Shown one piece after another: positions 33,833-44,553 of a DNA stretch of 64,000 nucleotides. Each line of letters opens with the position of its first letter. The stretch's first letter is position 1. Source of the DNA: a virus. The notes below the pieces were generated by a model. The model saw only the letters and a list, made by a program, of their open reading frames with translations, made no database searches and had not been told where the DNA came from. Made by a program: the position numbers and the translations under genes. The DNA lies in the IMG/VR virus record IMGVR_UViG_3300005998_000005, positions 940 through 64,939 of that record. One strand, written 5' to 3'.

Positions 33833-34849
33833 CTAAATTCCTACGTTGCCCGGATTCGACTCAAACTCCATCTGGTTGAGGGCCGTGATCGCTCCGGTGG
33901 TTCCGTTGATTTCAAATACATTCCAGACGGTGCCGGGTTGGTTGGGCACATTGAAGGTGTATTCCCGGCCGTCGTAATAAAACACTTTCACGGTCGCGCC
34001 TGATCCGGCCAGCCCCGTGCTGGTGCTCGAGTTGCGGTTGGTGTAGTCGTGAACACTGTAGCGATAGGTTCCGGCCACCAGCCGATGCATGGTGATGGTC
34101 TCCGGCCCATAAGATGAGGTGTCATCCACATCCAATTCGCCACAATCCTGCACATAATCCGTCGAATAATAGACGTGAAATGTGCCGCCACCCGGACGGG
34201 GTCCACGCAGATGAGAATCGAGATCCCGAGGATTGAGTCCCCACTGCAAAACGATGCGTGCCACCTGTCCGTTGAGTTCCGGAGAGAGCACAATGTTCTG
34301 ACCGGAGCTTCCGGATTCAAGGACGTTCAGCAGACCATGGGCATCGATATAGTTGGGTGTACTCGCCTCGTAGACATAGAGTCCTTCAAACAGCTCCATT
34401 TCATATTGCCCGGATGAATCAGTGATCTGCTGAGCCACGATCGGGCCTTCCTCACTGCGCCGTATGGTTACCAAAACGCCAGCAAGCGGCCGGGCATTGA
34501 GGGCATCCACTACAGAGCCGACAAGATGAACACTGGTGCCCAGATCGAGCAGGAAGTCGGGATGGTTGGCGAACCACGAGGGATCACGGACCTTGACATT
34601 TAAATGACGTAGGCTCTGCCGGGCATCGGAATCCCAGGCCATAATCATGGCGTTGCCAATCTGCATTCCGCTAATCAGAAAACCCTCATCATCCACATAG
34701 GCCACGGCCGGATTGGATGACATGAACTGCGGGTTCAACCCACTGCCACGAACAGAGAGCGGGATGCGCTGCTCGAAATAGGATAGCGAGAGTCGGACGC
34801 TCTGAGGGTAGATCTCCCAATAAGCCGGAATGTCGAGTTGATCGGTCAT
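33833..34849 (-). CDS. Ig-like (Big_2) + carboxypeptidase-regulatory-like + YfaP/DUF2135-like protein
   Basis: SSNPAVAYVD; GSVVDALNARPLAGVLV...TDSSGQY; RIVLQWGLNPRDLDSH, LDVDDTSSYGPETIT. Confidence 0.72.
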   Translation of the reverse strand: MTDQLDIPAYWEIYPQSVRLSLSYFEQRIPLSVRGSGLNPQFMSSNPAVAYVDDEGFLISGMQIGNAMIMAWDSDARQSLRHLNVKVRDPSWFANHPDFLLDLGTSVHLVGSVVDALNARPLAGVLVTIRRSEEGPIVAQQITDSSGQYEMELFEGLYVYEASTPNYIDAHGLLNVLESGSSGQNIVLSPELNGQVARIVLQWGLNPRDLDSHLRGPRPGGGTFHVYYSTDYVQDCGELDVDDTSSYGPETITMHRLVAGTYRYSVHDYTNRNSSTSTGLAGSGATVKVFYYDGREYTFNVPNQPGTVWNVFEINGTTGAITALNQMEFESNPGNVGI

Positions 34850-35151
34850 GAGGGCATTTCTCCTCCGCCCATTGGCGTGCCGTACACTTCAACCTGAACA
34901 TGGCGAACACTCAGGTGATCATCTGAATGCCAGACCATGACAACGGCAGCGCCGGGCTGCATACCGCAGATCACATTTCCCGCTTCATCCACCTCGGCGA
35001 CGTCGCTGTTGGACGATTCAAACACCGGTGATTCAACGGAGCCCCGAATCGAAAGCGGAATGGCTTGCGGCCATTCGGAGGTCGAAACGCGGATCAGCTT
35101 GGGGAAGACGTCCCAGTATGGATGTGTCGGTATGGTTGATTCTTCCGGCAT
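34846..35151 (-). CDS. Small Ig-like (Big_2) protein, paralogue of the neighbour's N-terminus
   Basis: YWDVFP..IPLSIRGS...SSNSDVAEVDEAG..GMQPG aligns by eye with the neighbour. Confidence 0.65.
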   Translation of the reverse strand: MPEESTIPTHPYWDVFPKLIRVSTSEWPQAIPLSIRGSVESPVFESSNSDVAEVDEAGNVICGMQPGAAVVMVWHSDDHLSVRHVQVEVYGTPMGGGEMPS

Positions 35152-35161
35152 GCAAAGCTCC

Positions 35162-35428
35162 TCAGTTGTCTATGGTGTTCGGGCTGCCAGCCACAATCAC
35201 CGCACCGCAGGCGGCAATGTCGCCGATTCTGACGTTGGGGCTGCCTTCGGTAATGGTGGTTATGCTCCCGGTCACTATGGGGGTAACGCCGTGCCCGGGG
35301 ATGGGACAGACGTGCAGGTCGCCCATGCGAGCCACCGGAATGCCGTTGACCATGGTTCGAACGGCCGATGTGATGATCACACCGCCGTGGCTGCTGACAT
35401 CTCCGAGACGTGCCTGTGGTCCGCTCAT
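35162..35428 (-). CDS. PAAR-domain spike tip protein
   Basis: QARLGDVSSHGG, PVARMGDLHVCPIPGHG, VRIGDIAACGAVI. Confidence 0.88.
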   Translation of the reverse strand: MSGPQARLGDVSSHGGVIITSAVRTMVNGIPVARMGDLHVCPIPGHGVTPIVTGSITTITEGSPNVRIGDIAACGAVIVAGSPNTIDN

Positions 35429-35793
35429 GGTTTAAGCCTCAAGGTTAAATTGATCAGATAGCCGATCAGCCCGCCGACAGCGGTGCCGACTCCCAGTGTC
35501 AGCCCGATAATTTTCCACATGGTCTCCGTGCCCACCTTTTCACTGACCCGGGTGTGAAGCCGGTCAATCTCTTCGGCATGGCGGTGCAGATCGGAATTGA
35601 TGCCGCGAACCAGCACCTCGACATTCTCCTTGTCGGATTTCTTTTCGATTTCCCGTTCGATCTTTTCCAGCCGGTCCTGAATTTCACGGCGGTGGTTTTC
35701 CAGAATCCCTCGAAATTCCTTACGCCATGTGTCGAAGGTTCTGGCGAGCATCTCTTCGGATGCAGTTAGCCCGGGTTGATTTGAATCACTCAT
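35425..35793 (-). CDS. Coiled-coil protein with a C-terminal TM helix (holin/XhlA-like candidate)
   Basis: Hydrophobic C-terminus IIGLTLGVGTAVGGLIGYLI. Confidence 0.5.
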   Translation of the reverse strand: MSDSNQPGLTASEEMLARTFDTWRKEFRGILENHRREIQDRLEKIEREIEKKSDKENVEVLVRGINSDLHRHAEEIDRLHTRVSEKVGTETMWKIIGLTLGVGTAVGGLIGYLINLTLRLKP

Positions 35794-35804
35794 GCAATGT
35801 TCCC

Positions 35805-36854
35805 TTATGTGTTAATCAATACTTGGTTTGTAGATTTGATGATGATGTTGCCGACAACACCATCCATGAAAATGAGGTTTCCCGCCTTGTCGGTTGCGCT
35901 GATGCTTTCCGTTCCCGGAGCCGCGTTCATTCTGACCACCTGTCCGGCTTTGTCGGTCAGACGGATCTGTTCAGCGCCCTTGGTGGAGTCGATCAGGATT
36001 TCCTGCGTGCCGTTGAGACCCCAGATGTGAACCTTTTCCCGGCCTTTGGTGGTATCGATCAGAATCTTTTGCCAGCGGGAGCGACCTTTGTCGCAGGAGA
36101 GGATGTGAATCTTTTCCTTGTCCTGCCATGCCTCCAGAAGCACCTGCTGACGGCACAGGTCGGTGAGCTGGACCCGGGCTTTCGATCCGACGATCTGTGA
36201 CGCAATATCCAGCTGGTCGCCTTTTTCAGCATCCTTGGTGCCGCGTCTGAGAGCGTTGCCACTCTGCATTTCCGGTTTGACCTTGGCCTCCATGGTGAGG
36301 ATCTGACCGGCCCGGTCGATCAGGCGCATCAGTTCATCGCCGTCACGGTCATCGGCCAGAATGGTGTGCCCGGTTTCCGTCTTCATCAGGACCCTGAAAC
36401 GCGGACAGTAATATTCCGGGTGGCCGTGGTATTTTTGGTGTTCGAGATTGTCGTGGGGATTGCTTTGGTGCTCCAGCTTGTCCTCGCAGTCATGGCAAAA
36501 AGCATTACCGCAGGTGCGCTTGGATTCCTCCGGCTGTTCCCCGGGATTACTTCCCGCGAGCCAGACTCCGGTCCAGATCGGATATTGAACAATGCCACCT
36601 TCAAACTCGGCCCAGACCGAAGCGCCTTCTTCAGGCACAAGGAACATGCCGCAATCATCATTGCCGCCATACGAAAAACAGGGAGCTGCCCAGTCCGACC
36701 AGTTTTCACGGCCCGTACCCAGTACAGCGAGGATTTCGAGCCGAACCCTACCGAGGCGTTCCGGGTCGTTGTTGTCCCGGACAAAAGCCCGGTATTTGCC
36801 GTACCAGCGATTGCGATAGCGTTCTTCGGTCTGTTTATCGGAGGTTTCAAGCAT
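35805..36854 (-). CDS. Baseplate spike (gpV/VgrG OB-fold) protein
   Basis: YGKYRAFVRDNNDPERLGRVRL, WAAPC, FLVPEEGASVWAEFEGG, followed by beta-repeat region. Confidence 0.85.
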   Translation of the reverse strand: MLETSDKQTEERYRNRWYGKYRAFVRDNNDPERLGRVRLEILAVLGTGRENWSDWAAPCFSYGGNDDCGMFLVPEEGASVWAEFEGGIVQYPIWTGVWLAGSNPGEQPEESKRTCGNAFCHDCEDKLEHQSNPHDNLEHQKYHGHPEYYCPRFRVLMKTETGHTILADDRDGDELMRLIDRAGQILTMEAKVKPEMQSGNALRRGTKDAEKGDQLDIASQIVGSKARVQLTDLCRQQVLLEAWQDKEKIHILSCDKGRSRWQKILIDTTKGREKVHIWGLNGTQEILIDSTKGAEQIRLTDKAGQVVRMNAAPGTESISATDKAGNLIFMDGVVGNIIIKSTNQVLINT

Positions 36855-37266
36855 GGCTGCTTTCCCTCCGACGACTGTCATTCCAGGCCTTCCACCCACC
36901 CACGCGGACGGCCCAATACATCAGTCGGCGTTTCCATGCCGGAACACCGAGCTTGGTCATCAGTTCGAGAAAGATGCGGTCGGCTTCTGCCCGGGTCACG
37001 ATTCCGGTGTGATAGAGAAAATCATGCACAACAGCAGCCGGTGAATAGCGTCCCCATGGGGGCACAATTCGCCAGAACAGGCGCGGCACCGAGGCAAAGT
37101 CCGTTTCAAATCCGGCGGGCACGGTAATGGTGCGGCTGCCAGCAATCCTGACCTTGTAGTCTTTGATCAGACGGGCGCTGCGGCCATTGGGCAGCAGCTC
37201 AAACTGTAAAGGCCCGTTCAGCCCAATTCCCGAGCCGACGGTGGCGGTTTTCTGAAACTCAGTCAT
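36847..37266 (-). CDS. DUF1353 domain protein
   Basis: ITVPAGFETDFASVPR, AAVVHDFLY, ADRIFLELM. Confidence 0.85.
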   Translation of the reverse strand: MTEFQKTATVGSGIGLNGPLQFELLPNGRSARLIKDYKVRIAGSRTITVPAGFETDFASVPRLFWRIVPPWGRYSPAAVVHDFLYHTGIVTRAEADRIFLELMTKLGVPAWKRRLMYWAVRVGGWKAWNDSRRRESSHA

Positions 37267-37636
37267 TACGCCACCTCGCTTTCCCGGTTGTCCGGACATC
37301 GAGATGGACCCATGACGGATAGATTCCGATGCCACCTTGTTGAAAGGCAGCTATGGCTTCCGCCGCCTGAGCCAGGTCTTTGGCTGTCATTCCATCCGGG
37401 CAGGCTACATCGGCCGCCATGCCCAAGGTGTGAAAACTCAGGGTAGCACCGCCAACAGACTCATTGTGCCGGTTGCAGCGAAAACCGCTGGTAATGCTCA
37501 GTGGCAGGTTCAGTTGATTGCGCAGAGCCTGAAGCGCCGATATCAGATCAGGCTGCACCGGAGCCGAATGCCCGCAGCAGTTGGTTCCTTTGCAGGCAAA
37601 TTCGGAACGACTGAAATTTTTACTCAGATCTCCCAT
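37259..37636 (-). CDS. Peptidase M15 family endolysin
   Basis: SKNFSRSEF, ITSGFRC..HN..VGG..SFHTLGMAADV, WVHLDVR. Confidence 0.88.
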   Translation of the reverse strand: MGDLSKNFSRSEFACKGTNCCGHSAPVQPDLISALQALRNQLNLPLSITSGFRCNRHNESVGGATLSFHTLGMAADVACPDGMTAKDLAQAAEAIAAFQQGGIGIYPSWVHLDVRTTGKARWRND

Positions 37637-37644
37637 GGTTCCTC

Positions 37645-38910
37645 CTAAGAAACTGCACCGGAATCCGCATTGATGGTCACCATGGCCGGTGGCTCATTCT
37701 GCGAGGTTGCCGGTGCTTCTTTATCGTTTGGTTTTCCCTTGGTCTGGGCAGACTTGTCGCCAGCCCCTTTGCCAAGGGCGTTCTTTTTAAGTTTGATTTC
37801 ACAGGAATAGCCGGATGAGCCGATGCTGTGGCGAACCGAGTGGCAGTAGTAAATGCCGGAAAACTTCCGGCCCACACCTTTCACTTCGAGGTTCTTCTTG
37901 GCCCTCAATGACGGAATGCCGATGGTGACGGCGGTGGCCTCCTCCTGTTTGAGCTCGGCCTCTCTGAATTTGCCTTCGGCTGTATCCTGAGCAGGCTCCT
38001 GTGCCGGTTCTTCATGAAAGGCTTCGGAACGTTCATAAGCGGGAACGACCTGACCGGTCTCCTGTTCTTTGAAGCTGCCTTCACCTGTGTTGCCATCCAC
38101 CAGATAAGTCTGCTTGCCCAGCGAGGTCCGTTCGGGGGTCGTGTCGTTGTTGGCTTTGTGTTCCACCACATCCTTTTTGCGAGGATCGACACCGACTGAT
38201 TTGGTTTCGACACCGGCACCTTTGGCTCCCTGTGATTGGGTCGATGGTCTGAAAGAGCGCAGAACGCCTTTTCGGTCGGTGAAATATTCCAGCGTCAAAA
38301 GCGGAGCCTGTTCCAGTTCCCGTGGATGGAAATGGAGTTCATCATCCTGAATGAAAAAGGAGTAACCGCTGACGCCCTGACCATCACGGTCACGGGCTTT
38401 GGTTGCCAGCTCTTTGAGGAAGACGGCATCGGATTGATTGCTCTGGGTAACGCGAAGATGATGGCCTTTGGTGGCCGTCACGACCGGTTTGAGGCCATTG
38501 GCCGAAGCGATCTGTTCGGCAATTTCAGAATAGAGAATGCCCGGCGCGGGTTTCTGCCAGACCTTCTGGTTTTCCTTTCCGGCCAGTTTGAAGCCTTTGT
38601 CATAGGCTTTGATACGGATGGTGGGGTCGCCGTTTTCAGGAAAGTCGTAATCGATATCCTTGATGACGGCCTTTTTACAGGGCGAGAGATTGCCCACATA
38701 ACCGAACCGGGCAATGATCTCGTTGCCTTCCTGAAAAAGCGGATCGTCCACAAACTGCAGGTTGCGGTTGGTGATGGACAGCTCGAGAACATCCAGTTCC
38801 TCTTCATTGTCGGTGAAGACAAATGAAGTGATTTCCTGAGTGATATCCTTGGAGAGCGATTTGCCCTCTATCTGAATCAGAAATGTCGGTTTGAATGTAT
38901 CGAGTTCCAT
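37645..38910 (-). CDS. Phage late control D / baseplate hub-like protein
   Basis: FVFTDNEEELDVLELSI, QSNQSDAVFLKELA, IGIPSLRA..GVGRKFSGIYY..VRH. Confidence 0.78.
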   Translation of the reverse strand: MELDTFKPTFLIQIEGKSLSKDITQEITSFVFTDNEEELDVLELSITNRNLQFVDDPLFQEGNEIIARFGYVGNLSPCKKAVIKDIDYDFPENGDPTIRIKAYDKGFKLAGKENQKVWQKPAPGILYSEIAEQIASANGLKPVVTATKGHHLRVTQSNQSDAVFLKELATKARDRDGQGVSGYSFFIQDDELHFHPRELEQAPLLTLEYFTDRKGVLRSFRPSTQSQGAKGAGVETKSVGVDPRKKDVVEHKANNDTTPERTSLGKQTYLVDGNTGEGSFKEQETGQVVPAYERSEAFHEEPAQEPAQDTAEGKFREAELKQEEATAVTIGIPSLRAKKNLEVKGVGRKFSGIYYCHSVRHSIGSSGYSCEIKLKKNALGKGAGDKSAQTKGKPNDKEAPATSQNEPPAMVTINADSGAVS

Positions 38911-38940
38911 GCACGTCTCCGGCTGTTCGCAGTCCACTGC

Positions 38941-38971
38941 TTACATACCGGAAGAGCCGCTGGAGTGTCGG
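38941..38971 (-). promoter_or_regulatory. Bipartite late-promoter-like motif, copy upstream of the hub/lysis block
   Basis: TTACATACCGGA-N14-GTCGG. Confidence 0.72.
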
Positions 38972-38974
38972 CGC

Positions 38975-39265
38975 TCAGTCGAGAATGTGCATGCTGACGT
39001 GATCCATGGAAGGGATGCGAAGCACCGTGCCCGGCGTCAGTTCAAGAGGAAAGAAGATGTCGTTGTAGTCACAGATGATCCACCAGAGCTTTGCCTCTCC
39101 CAGATACCTGTGGGCCAGAAGATCCAGCCGGTCACCGTCGGTCACGGTATGAAAGCGGTCATCAAATCGCGGTGATGGATCGATCGGAAACCGCATGCCA
39201 AGGGAATCACCGTCACTGTCTCTATACCGGAGACACTTTGCGTATCTGGAATCCTTGTCGATCAT
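38975..39265 (-). CDS. LysM/tail-X-like protein
   Basis: HTVTDGDRLDLLAHRYLGEAKLWWIICDYN..LTPGTVLRIP. Confidence 0.82.
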   Translation of the reverse strand: MIDKDSRYAKCLRYRDSDGDSLGMRFPIDPSPRFDDRFHTVTDGDRLDLLAHRYLGEAKLWWIICDYNDIFFPLELTPGTVLRIPSMDHVSMHILD

Positions 39266-39735
39266 GAGCGTACCTCCGACCAGTTGACCGATTGATCGAC
39301 GTATTCTTCGAGGGATATATCCACCTCGGCCCGCTGTGGAGCGAGATTGGTCTGGTCGAAAAGGCCGAAAAAGCGGGCCTTCACCTGTCTGACAATGCAT
39401 GTAACGCCCGGATAGAGATCACCGAAAATGAGAATGACCCGGTGCGGCGCGTTTTTGAGCATGCTGCCAGCGTGTTCCGGGTATTGCAGAGACCGCAGCT
39501 AGTCGACCTTTTGTTTGACCGGTCCTTTGAAGAATTCGATCTTGAAAACAATCCGGCGAGGTTCACCGGCCACGTACTGATAACGAGGATGGCTCATGCC
39601 GGGAATCTTGATGGCGGCATAGCTGGTCGATTTTTCATCGCTGATGTTGTTGGGATTGTATTGGAATTCCAGTCGCTCACCAGTGTCGGCATCGACCAGA
39701 TATCCCTTTATCGGTTGCCGGTCCCAAGCCATCAT
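39262..39735 (-). pseudogene. Tube-initiator (gpU/CIS tube-like) protein, in-frame TAG at 39499-39501
   Basis: LEFQYNPNNISDEK..IPGMSHPRYQYVAG..KVD*LRSLQYP; both halves in the same frame. Confidence 0.75.
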
Positions 39736-40058
39736 TCGACCTCGTGGACTTCAACGATCGTCTTGCCGATCTCTCTGGCATGGGAGAGCTCCTGCTGCAT
39801 CCCTTTGGAGATGCCGTTTCCGGTAAACGCCCAGACTCCAGAGCAGGTCTCCATGTAAGCAAGCCCGCAGCCGATACCGGCGGAACGCTCTTGCGGATCG
39901 TGGTCATCGACAAAGCGGGGATACAAGAGGTGCGGCGCGAATGGCGCATAGCCTTGGTCCATGGCCATGCGGCACAGCTTTTTAGCCACTTCAACGTTTC
40001 TTTCAATGTCCCCGGCAAAGGGGCTGCAAATAAATACTCTTTTCATCGGTTGCCTCAC
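39732..40058 (-). CDS. DUF4406/DUF7768-like protein
   Basis: VFICSPFAGD, PFAPHLLY, ISKGMQQE. Confidence 0.7.
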   Translation of the reverse strand: MRQPMKRVFICSPFAGDIERNVEVAKKLCRMAMDQGYAPFAPHLLYPRFVDDHDPQERSAGIGCGLAYMETCSGVWAFTGNGISKGMQQELSHAREIGKTIVEVHEVE

Positions 40059-43000
40059 AGGGTTTCATAGTTTCTTATTTTTCGTTCCCGGAGGTCCTTG
40101 TAGACCGCCTCAGCCACCTGACGGCCATCGATATGCGTGGCCACGGAAACCTCCACCGGCCGTTCCGAAAGCGCATCGAGCTTGTTCAACAGTGCCCCCA
40201 GAAGGCTGGCCATATCGGGGCCTTCCTGCTGGCCTGCAGGCGGTGACACAAACGAATTCGTTCTTGCCGCTGCCAGCTTTTCAGGCGGATGCAGTTCCGG
40301 TTGCATTACCGGAGCGGCATTGACCTCCTGCAACATGCCGGTCCCGGCCGTATCCACCGAAGCTCTGACATCAGCCGGAATATTCAACGCGGGAATCATC
40401 CCCATTGACGGGGCGATCTGCCCGGCAATGGTCACCGGCGGAACCGAAGGAGCCGCAATGGCATCCGTGAACTGATAAGGCTTACTTACCGGAATTTTCG
40501 GTGTAATGTCGGTTGCTCCGGCTGGCCCTGCATTCACGACCGGCATTGCCGAAGCCATGACAGGCGAAAGCATCAGCACGGCGGAGAACACCGTCGGGAT
40601 TAGCTTTTTATCGAGACTTGGAATCAAAGCGAATCGTCCGGCGCTTTGCTGCACAACAGCAGGTTTGGCGGAGGCGGTCTGCAATCTGGGGGCAGCTTTG
40701 GCTTCAGGTGCCGGTGAAGAGGAAAACAAGGACTTGATACCGGTCCACGCACCGCTGAGCAGTCCGGATGCGTTCTGTTTCACCGACTGAATGACGCCGC
40801 CCACTCCGGACTTAACCTGGCTCCAGAGTGCAGTTCCTTTTTCGGCTACTGCAGAGATCCCTGAGCCAATGATGTTTTTCAGCCCGCTGAAGGTGGAGAT
40901 GAACGTCTGTTTAACCGCCGTGGCACCGGCAGTCAGCTTATTCCAAACGCCGCTCCATGAATCCGGCAAAGACAGTTCCGGGATGAGATTACTTAACGCG
41001 CCTTTGATCAGCCCACCGACTTTGGATACCATCGACCCGGCACCATCAACCAGTGAACCCCAGAGATTGCCTGCCGTTCTGAAAGGAGCAGCTAGCAGAT
41101 TCATCGCGGTCTGGCCCGCTGATTTGAGCCCGTTCCAGACACCAGACAGTGCAGACAGAACTCCACGAGCCGCAAAGGAGAACACTTTTGCAGGCAATGC
41201 CAGTGTGGAAAGCATTCCATCCGCCAGAGTTGTGAGCAGTGCTTTACCTGATGCTGTCAGGGTCGATAGCGGACCTTCCTTGGCATCGGAGAACGGCAGC
41301 AGGCTTCGCAGCTTGCCAAGCGCACTCTTCAACATGCGGAATGGATAGGTAACCGCCGACCAGATGCCTTCACCCAGTGTGACGAGCATCTTTTTCCCGG
41401 CCTCGAAAAAAGTCATGTCGCCTGAGAAGAAGCTTCTCACTGTGGCGAACAGATTCCACAACGTGCTGACGAGCGGCAGGTTCATGAAGACACTGACGAT
41501 ACGCTCACCGGCCGCCACAAAGAACCATCCCGTCGAAAACCGAGGTAATGAAGTTCCAGACGCCGCTGATGACATCACGTGCCCATCTGAATGGAGTTGC
41601 CAGAAAATCAAAGACCGCTCCGCCAATGGCCTTCAAACCATCCAGCAGGGAGACATCTCCGGTCAGTATCTGCCAGACGGAATAGATAATCTTCCCGGCG
41701 GCCACAAACGCCTGAGCAATCAGCCGGACCGGAAGCAGAAATTTGTAGATGAACTTGGTGGCATAGATCAGTGAGCCGACAATCACCTTGCCGACCCAGA
41801 CGACGCTTCGCACCACAATGGCGAGCGCTTTGACAACCATCGTGATATTCCAGACCACGATGCGGAGTGCATAGGCAAGTCCCTGCAGCAGAACACCGGC
41901 AACCGTTCCGACCACGGAACCGAACTTCCGCCACGCCGATCCGTCCACTGAATTGGCAGAGACACCAAATATTTCCACCACCGAGAAGATGGCTTTGTAG
42001 AGGGTGGCATAGGCTGAAGTCATCGCCTTTACGGCTGGTTCGAGAATGGCCCGGATTCGACCGAAGGCATGTGAGAAGGCTTCCCACAGCCCGGACAGGT
42101 ATTCCCGCACCCGGTAATAGACCTTGAAGACGGTCACGACAAAACCGAGGAGTCCGGCCGACTTGAGCCGGTTGGCAAGCTCGGCCGACATCTGGCCGGT
42201 GGAGCCGCTCAAAGATGAGATGAGCGTCTTCACGCCCTCGAAGACCAGTTTGATCTTGTTCCACGTCCCGAGTACCACATCCTGGATTCCTCCGAAGTTT
42301 GTCTCCCATGCCCGTTTCAGCAGATAGACCGCCAGAACCACACCGGCGATGGCGGCGGTGACCGGCAGAAAATATGTGGCAATGGCAGAGCCGACACCTG
42401 CGGCCGCTGCGCTGATGGCGACGAACCCGGCCTTGATTGCCGGAAGCATGAGTCCGACCAGTCCGACGGCCGAAGTAACCGCTCCGGCAACGACCAGCAC
42501 CGCTCCAAGAGCCATGGAAAGTGTCAAGACTACCCGGGTGACTCCGGGCATGGATTTGGCCAGTTTCTGCAGGAACAGAATGAAGCGGGAAATACCGTTC
42601 ATCACAGGGGTGACGACCGGTAGTAACGTGCGACCCAGTATTTCGGTCAGGTTGGACATCTGCTGCCGGATCAATCCAAACTGAGCTCCGATATCCTGAT
42701 TCATGGCACTGGCCATCTGATTGGTGACAGCTGTTCCCGTTTTCATGGCTGCACCGACCGACTTGATATTGCCCTCCAACGATTCCATTCCGGCGGACAT
42801 CTGCAGCAGGAACTTGACCGCCTCGTCGGAGCCGAAGGCTTTCTTCAGCTTCACCTGAGCTGCTGCCTGAGACATATCCGGAAACTGCTGTTTGATTTCC
42901 TGCAGAATGGGAATGACGCCTTTGAGACGGCCGGTTGTATCGGTGAACGAGAGCCCGAGCTGGTCACCGGCCTCGGCCGCTTTCATGATAAATGCCTTGT

Positions 43001-43718
43001 AAAGTGTTCCGGCTTCTGAACCCGGCATGGTGGTCTGTAGCTGACCAAGGATTGCCAGCTGTTCCTGTAGAGGAATATTGTTGGCGGCAGCAACGGCACC
43101 GATGTTTTTGATTGCATCGGCCATCTGAGTTCCGTTGGTTTTGAACGACGCCACGGTTTGGGCCATGGCTCCAGAAAAGGCGGTAGCCCATTCCATATCG
43201 GTCATATCCGCCATGATGGGCTTGAAGATGCCGTAAGCTGTGGTGAAAGTCCCAACCATCTCCTGTGTGGTCGCTTTGGTGGCTTTGGCTGTGAGACCAG
43301 CCATGTTGGTGAAGACGCCGACCGCCTCATCGCTAAGATTGGATAGCGCCGATTTCACATCGTAAGTGGCCGTGATGAAGGCTGCCTTGTTGGCTCCCGA
43401 CCACTGGTTTGTGAACGATTCTGCGGCATCTTCAATTGCTCCGAGATCTTTGACACCCAATGAGGCCAATTCCCCGAGGGCTTTTTGAGTGGCAGCGGTG
43501 GATGCGACCAAGGCAACGGGCGCGGCCATGAGCGCAAGACCGGCACCAACCATCATGGTGCCTTTCTGGATACGATCCAGATTTCTGGTCATGCGTTCAC
43601 TGGCGGCCGCGACGGTTCCGTCAAGGCTTGTCATCGAACTTTCAATGCGCTGGGCGTTCTGCGAGAACGCATCCTTCATCGATACGACAATGCCCAGTCC
43701 AAGGTCGTTATTCATCAT
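40055..43718 (-). pseudogene. Tail tape measure protein, frameshift near 41524
   Basis: LGLGIVVSMKDAFS start, Ala/Gly-rich helical repeats; two ORFs meet near FDGMV/FFVAAG. Confidence 0.82.
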
Positions 43719-44535
43719 CGCTTATCCATTTGCTCCCGTTCAAAATCAATCTGCCGCTCCAAGGCTTCCACAAACTGCTGTCGAAGCTTGAGCGGCAGTG
43801 ATCGGATTTCCTGATAACTCCAGTGGAGCCCGCCATAGGCGAGAAAGAAGCTGTCGCTTACAAGCGAACTCCTGGAAATAAAAAAGCCGGTTCGGCCTCG
43901 AGACGTGTTCTGATCCGGGTGCAGCAGCCATCGCAGTCGACTTCGACCGTTGTATCGATACCGGCATCCACCCGAGCCATTTCCTGTCGCAGGGCACTGC
44001 GGTCACGCATGGACATTTCAGCGAGGGATTTCTTGCTGGGTGCCTTTCCGTCAATCTCGATAAGTCGAATCATCATGGCCGATGAAATGTTCGGCTCGCG
44101 CAAGGCGGCCAGCCGTTTCTCCTTATGTCCGTCAAGCAGACCAAAACGGACCGCTTTCTTGGAGCCGGGCAGCTTGAATTCGAACTCACGCTCCTCGGTG
44201 TAAGGAGTGAGTTTGAGATCCTCCAGACTGACCGTCACATAGTTGGTCATGCGACACGAGGCATTGGGGCACGTCAGTTCCAGTTCCACTTCGTCTCCGA
44301 GGGAAATCTGGCGCAGCTTTACCAATGCAAAAAGGCGGTCGCCCGAGAGCAGATCGAGAATATCTTTCACCGCTGGCTTTTCATTCTCGCCAAGGCGGAC
44401 GGTACAGTTTCTGAGCACCTGATTGATCGCCTCTCCATTGCGGATCAGGCGTTGATTGGTCAGGAGCTCTTCTTCGGCACCGGTCATCTCCTTGAGTTCG
44501 ATCTCGATGCCACTGGGTAATTCGTAGGTATACAT
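43715..44535 (-). CDS. Tail assembly chaperone (43858-44535) with a predicted -1 frameshift extension to 43715
   Basis: CPNASC..CDGCC motifs; slippery T TTT TTA at 43879-43885; -1 frame reads FLAYGGLHWSYQEIRSLPL and stops with an ATGA overlap on the TMP start. Confidence 0.78.
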
Positions 44536-44553
44536 TGCTTCACTCCTTGTTTA

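Noticed and set aside
43746-44054. 102-aa ORF as the chaperone extension
   Set aside because: Wrong frame; the -1 frame gives the plausible product and couples to the TMP start
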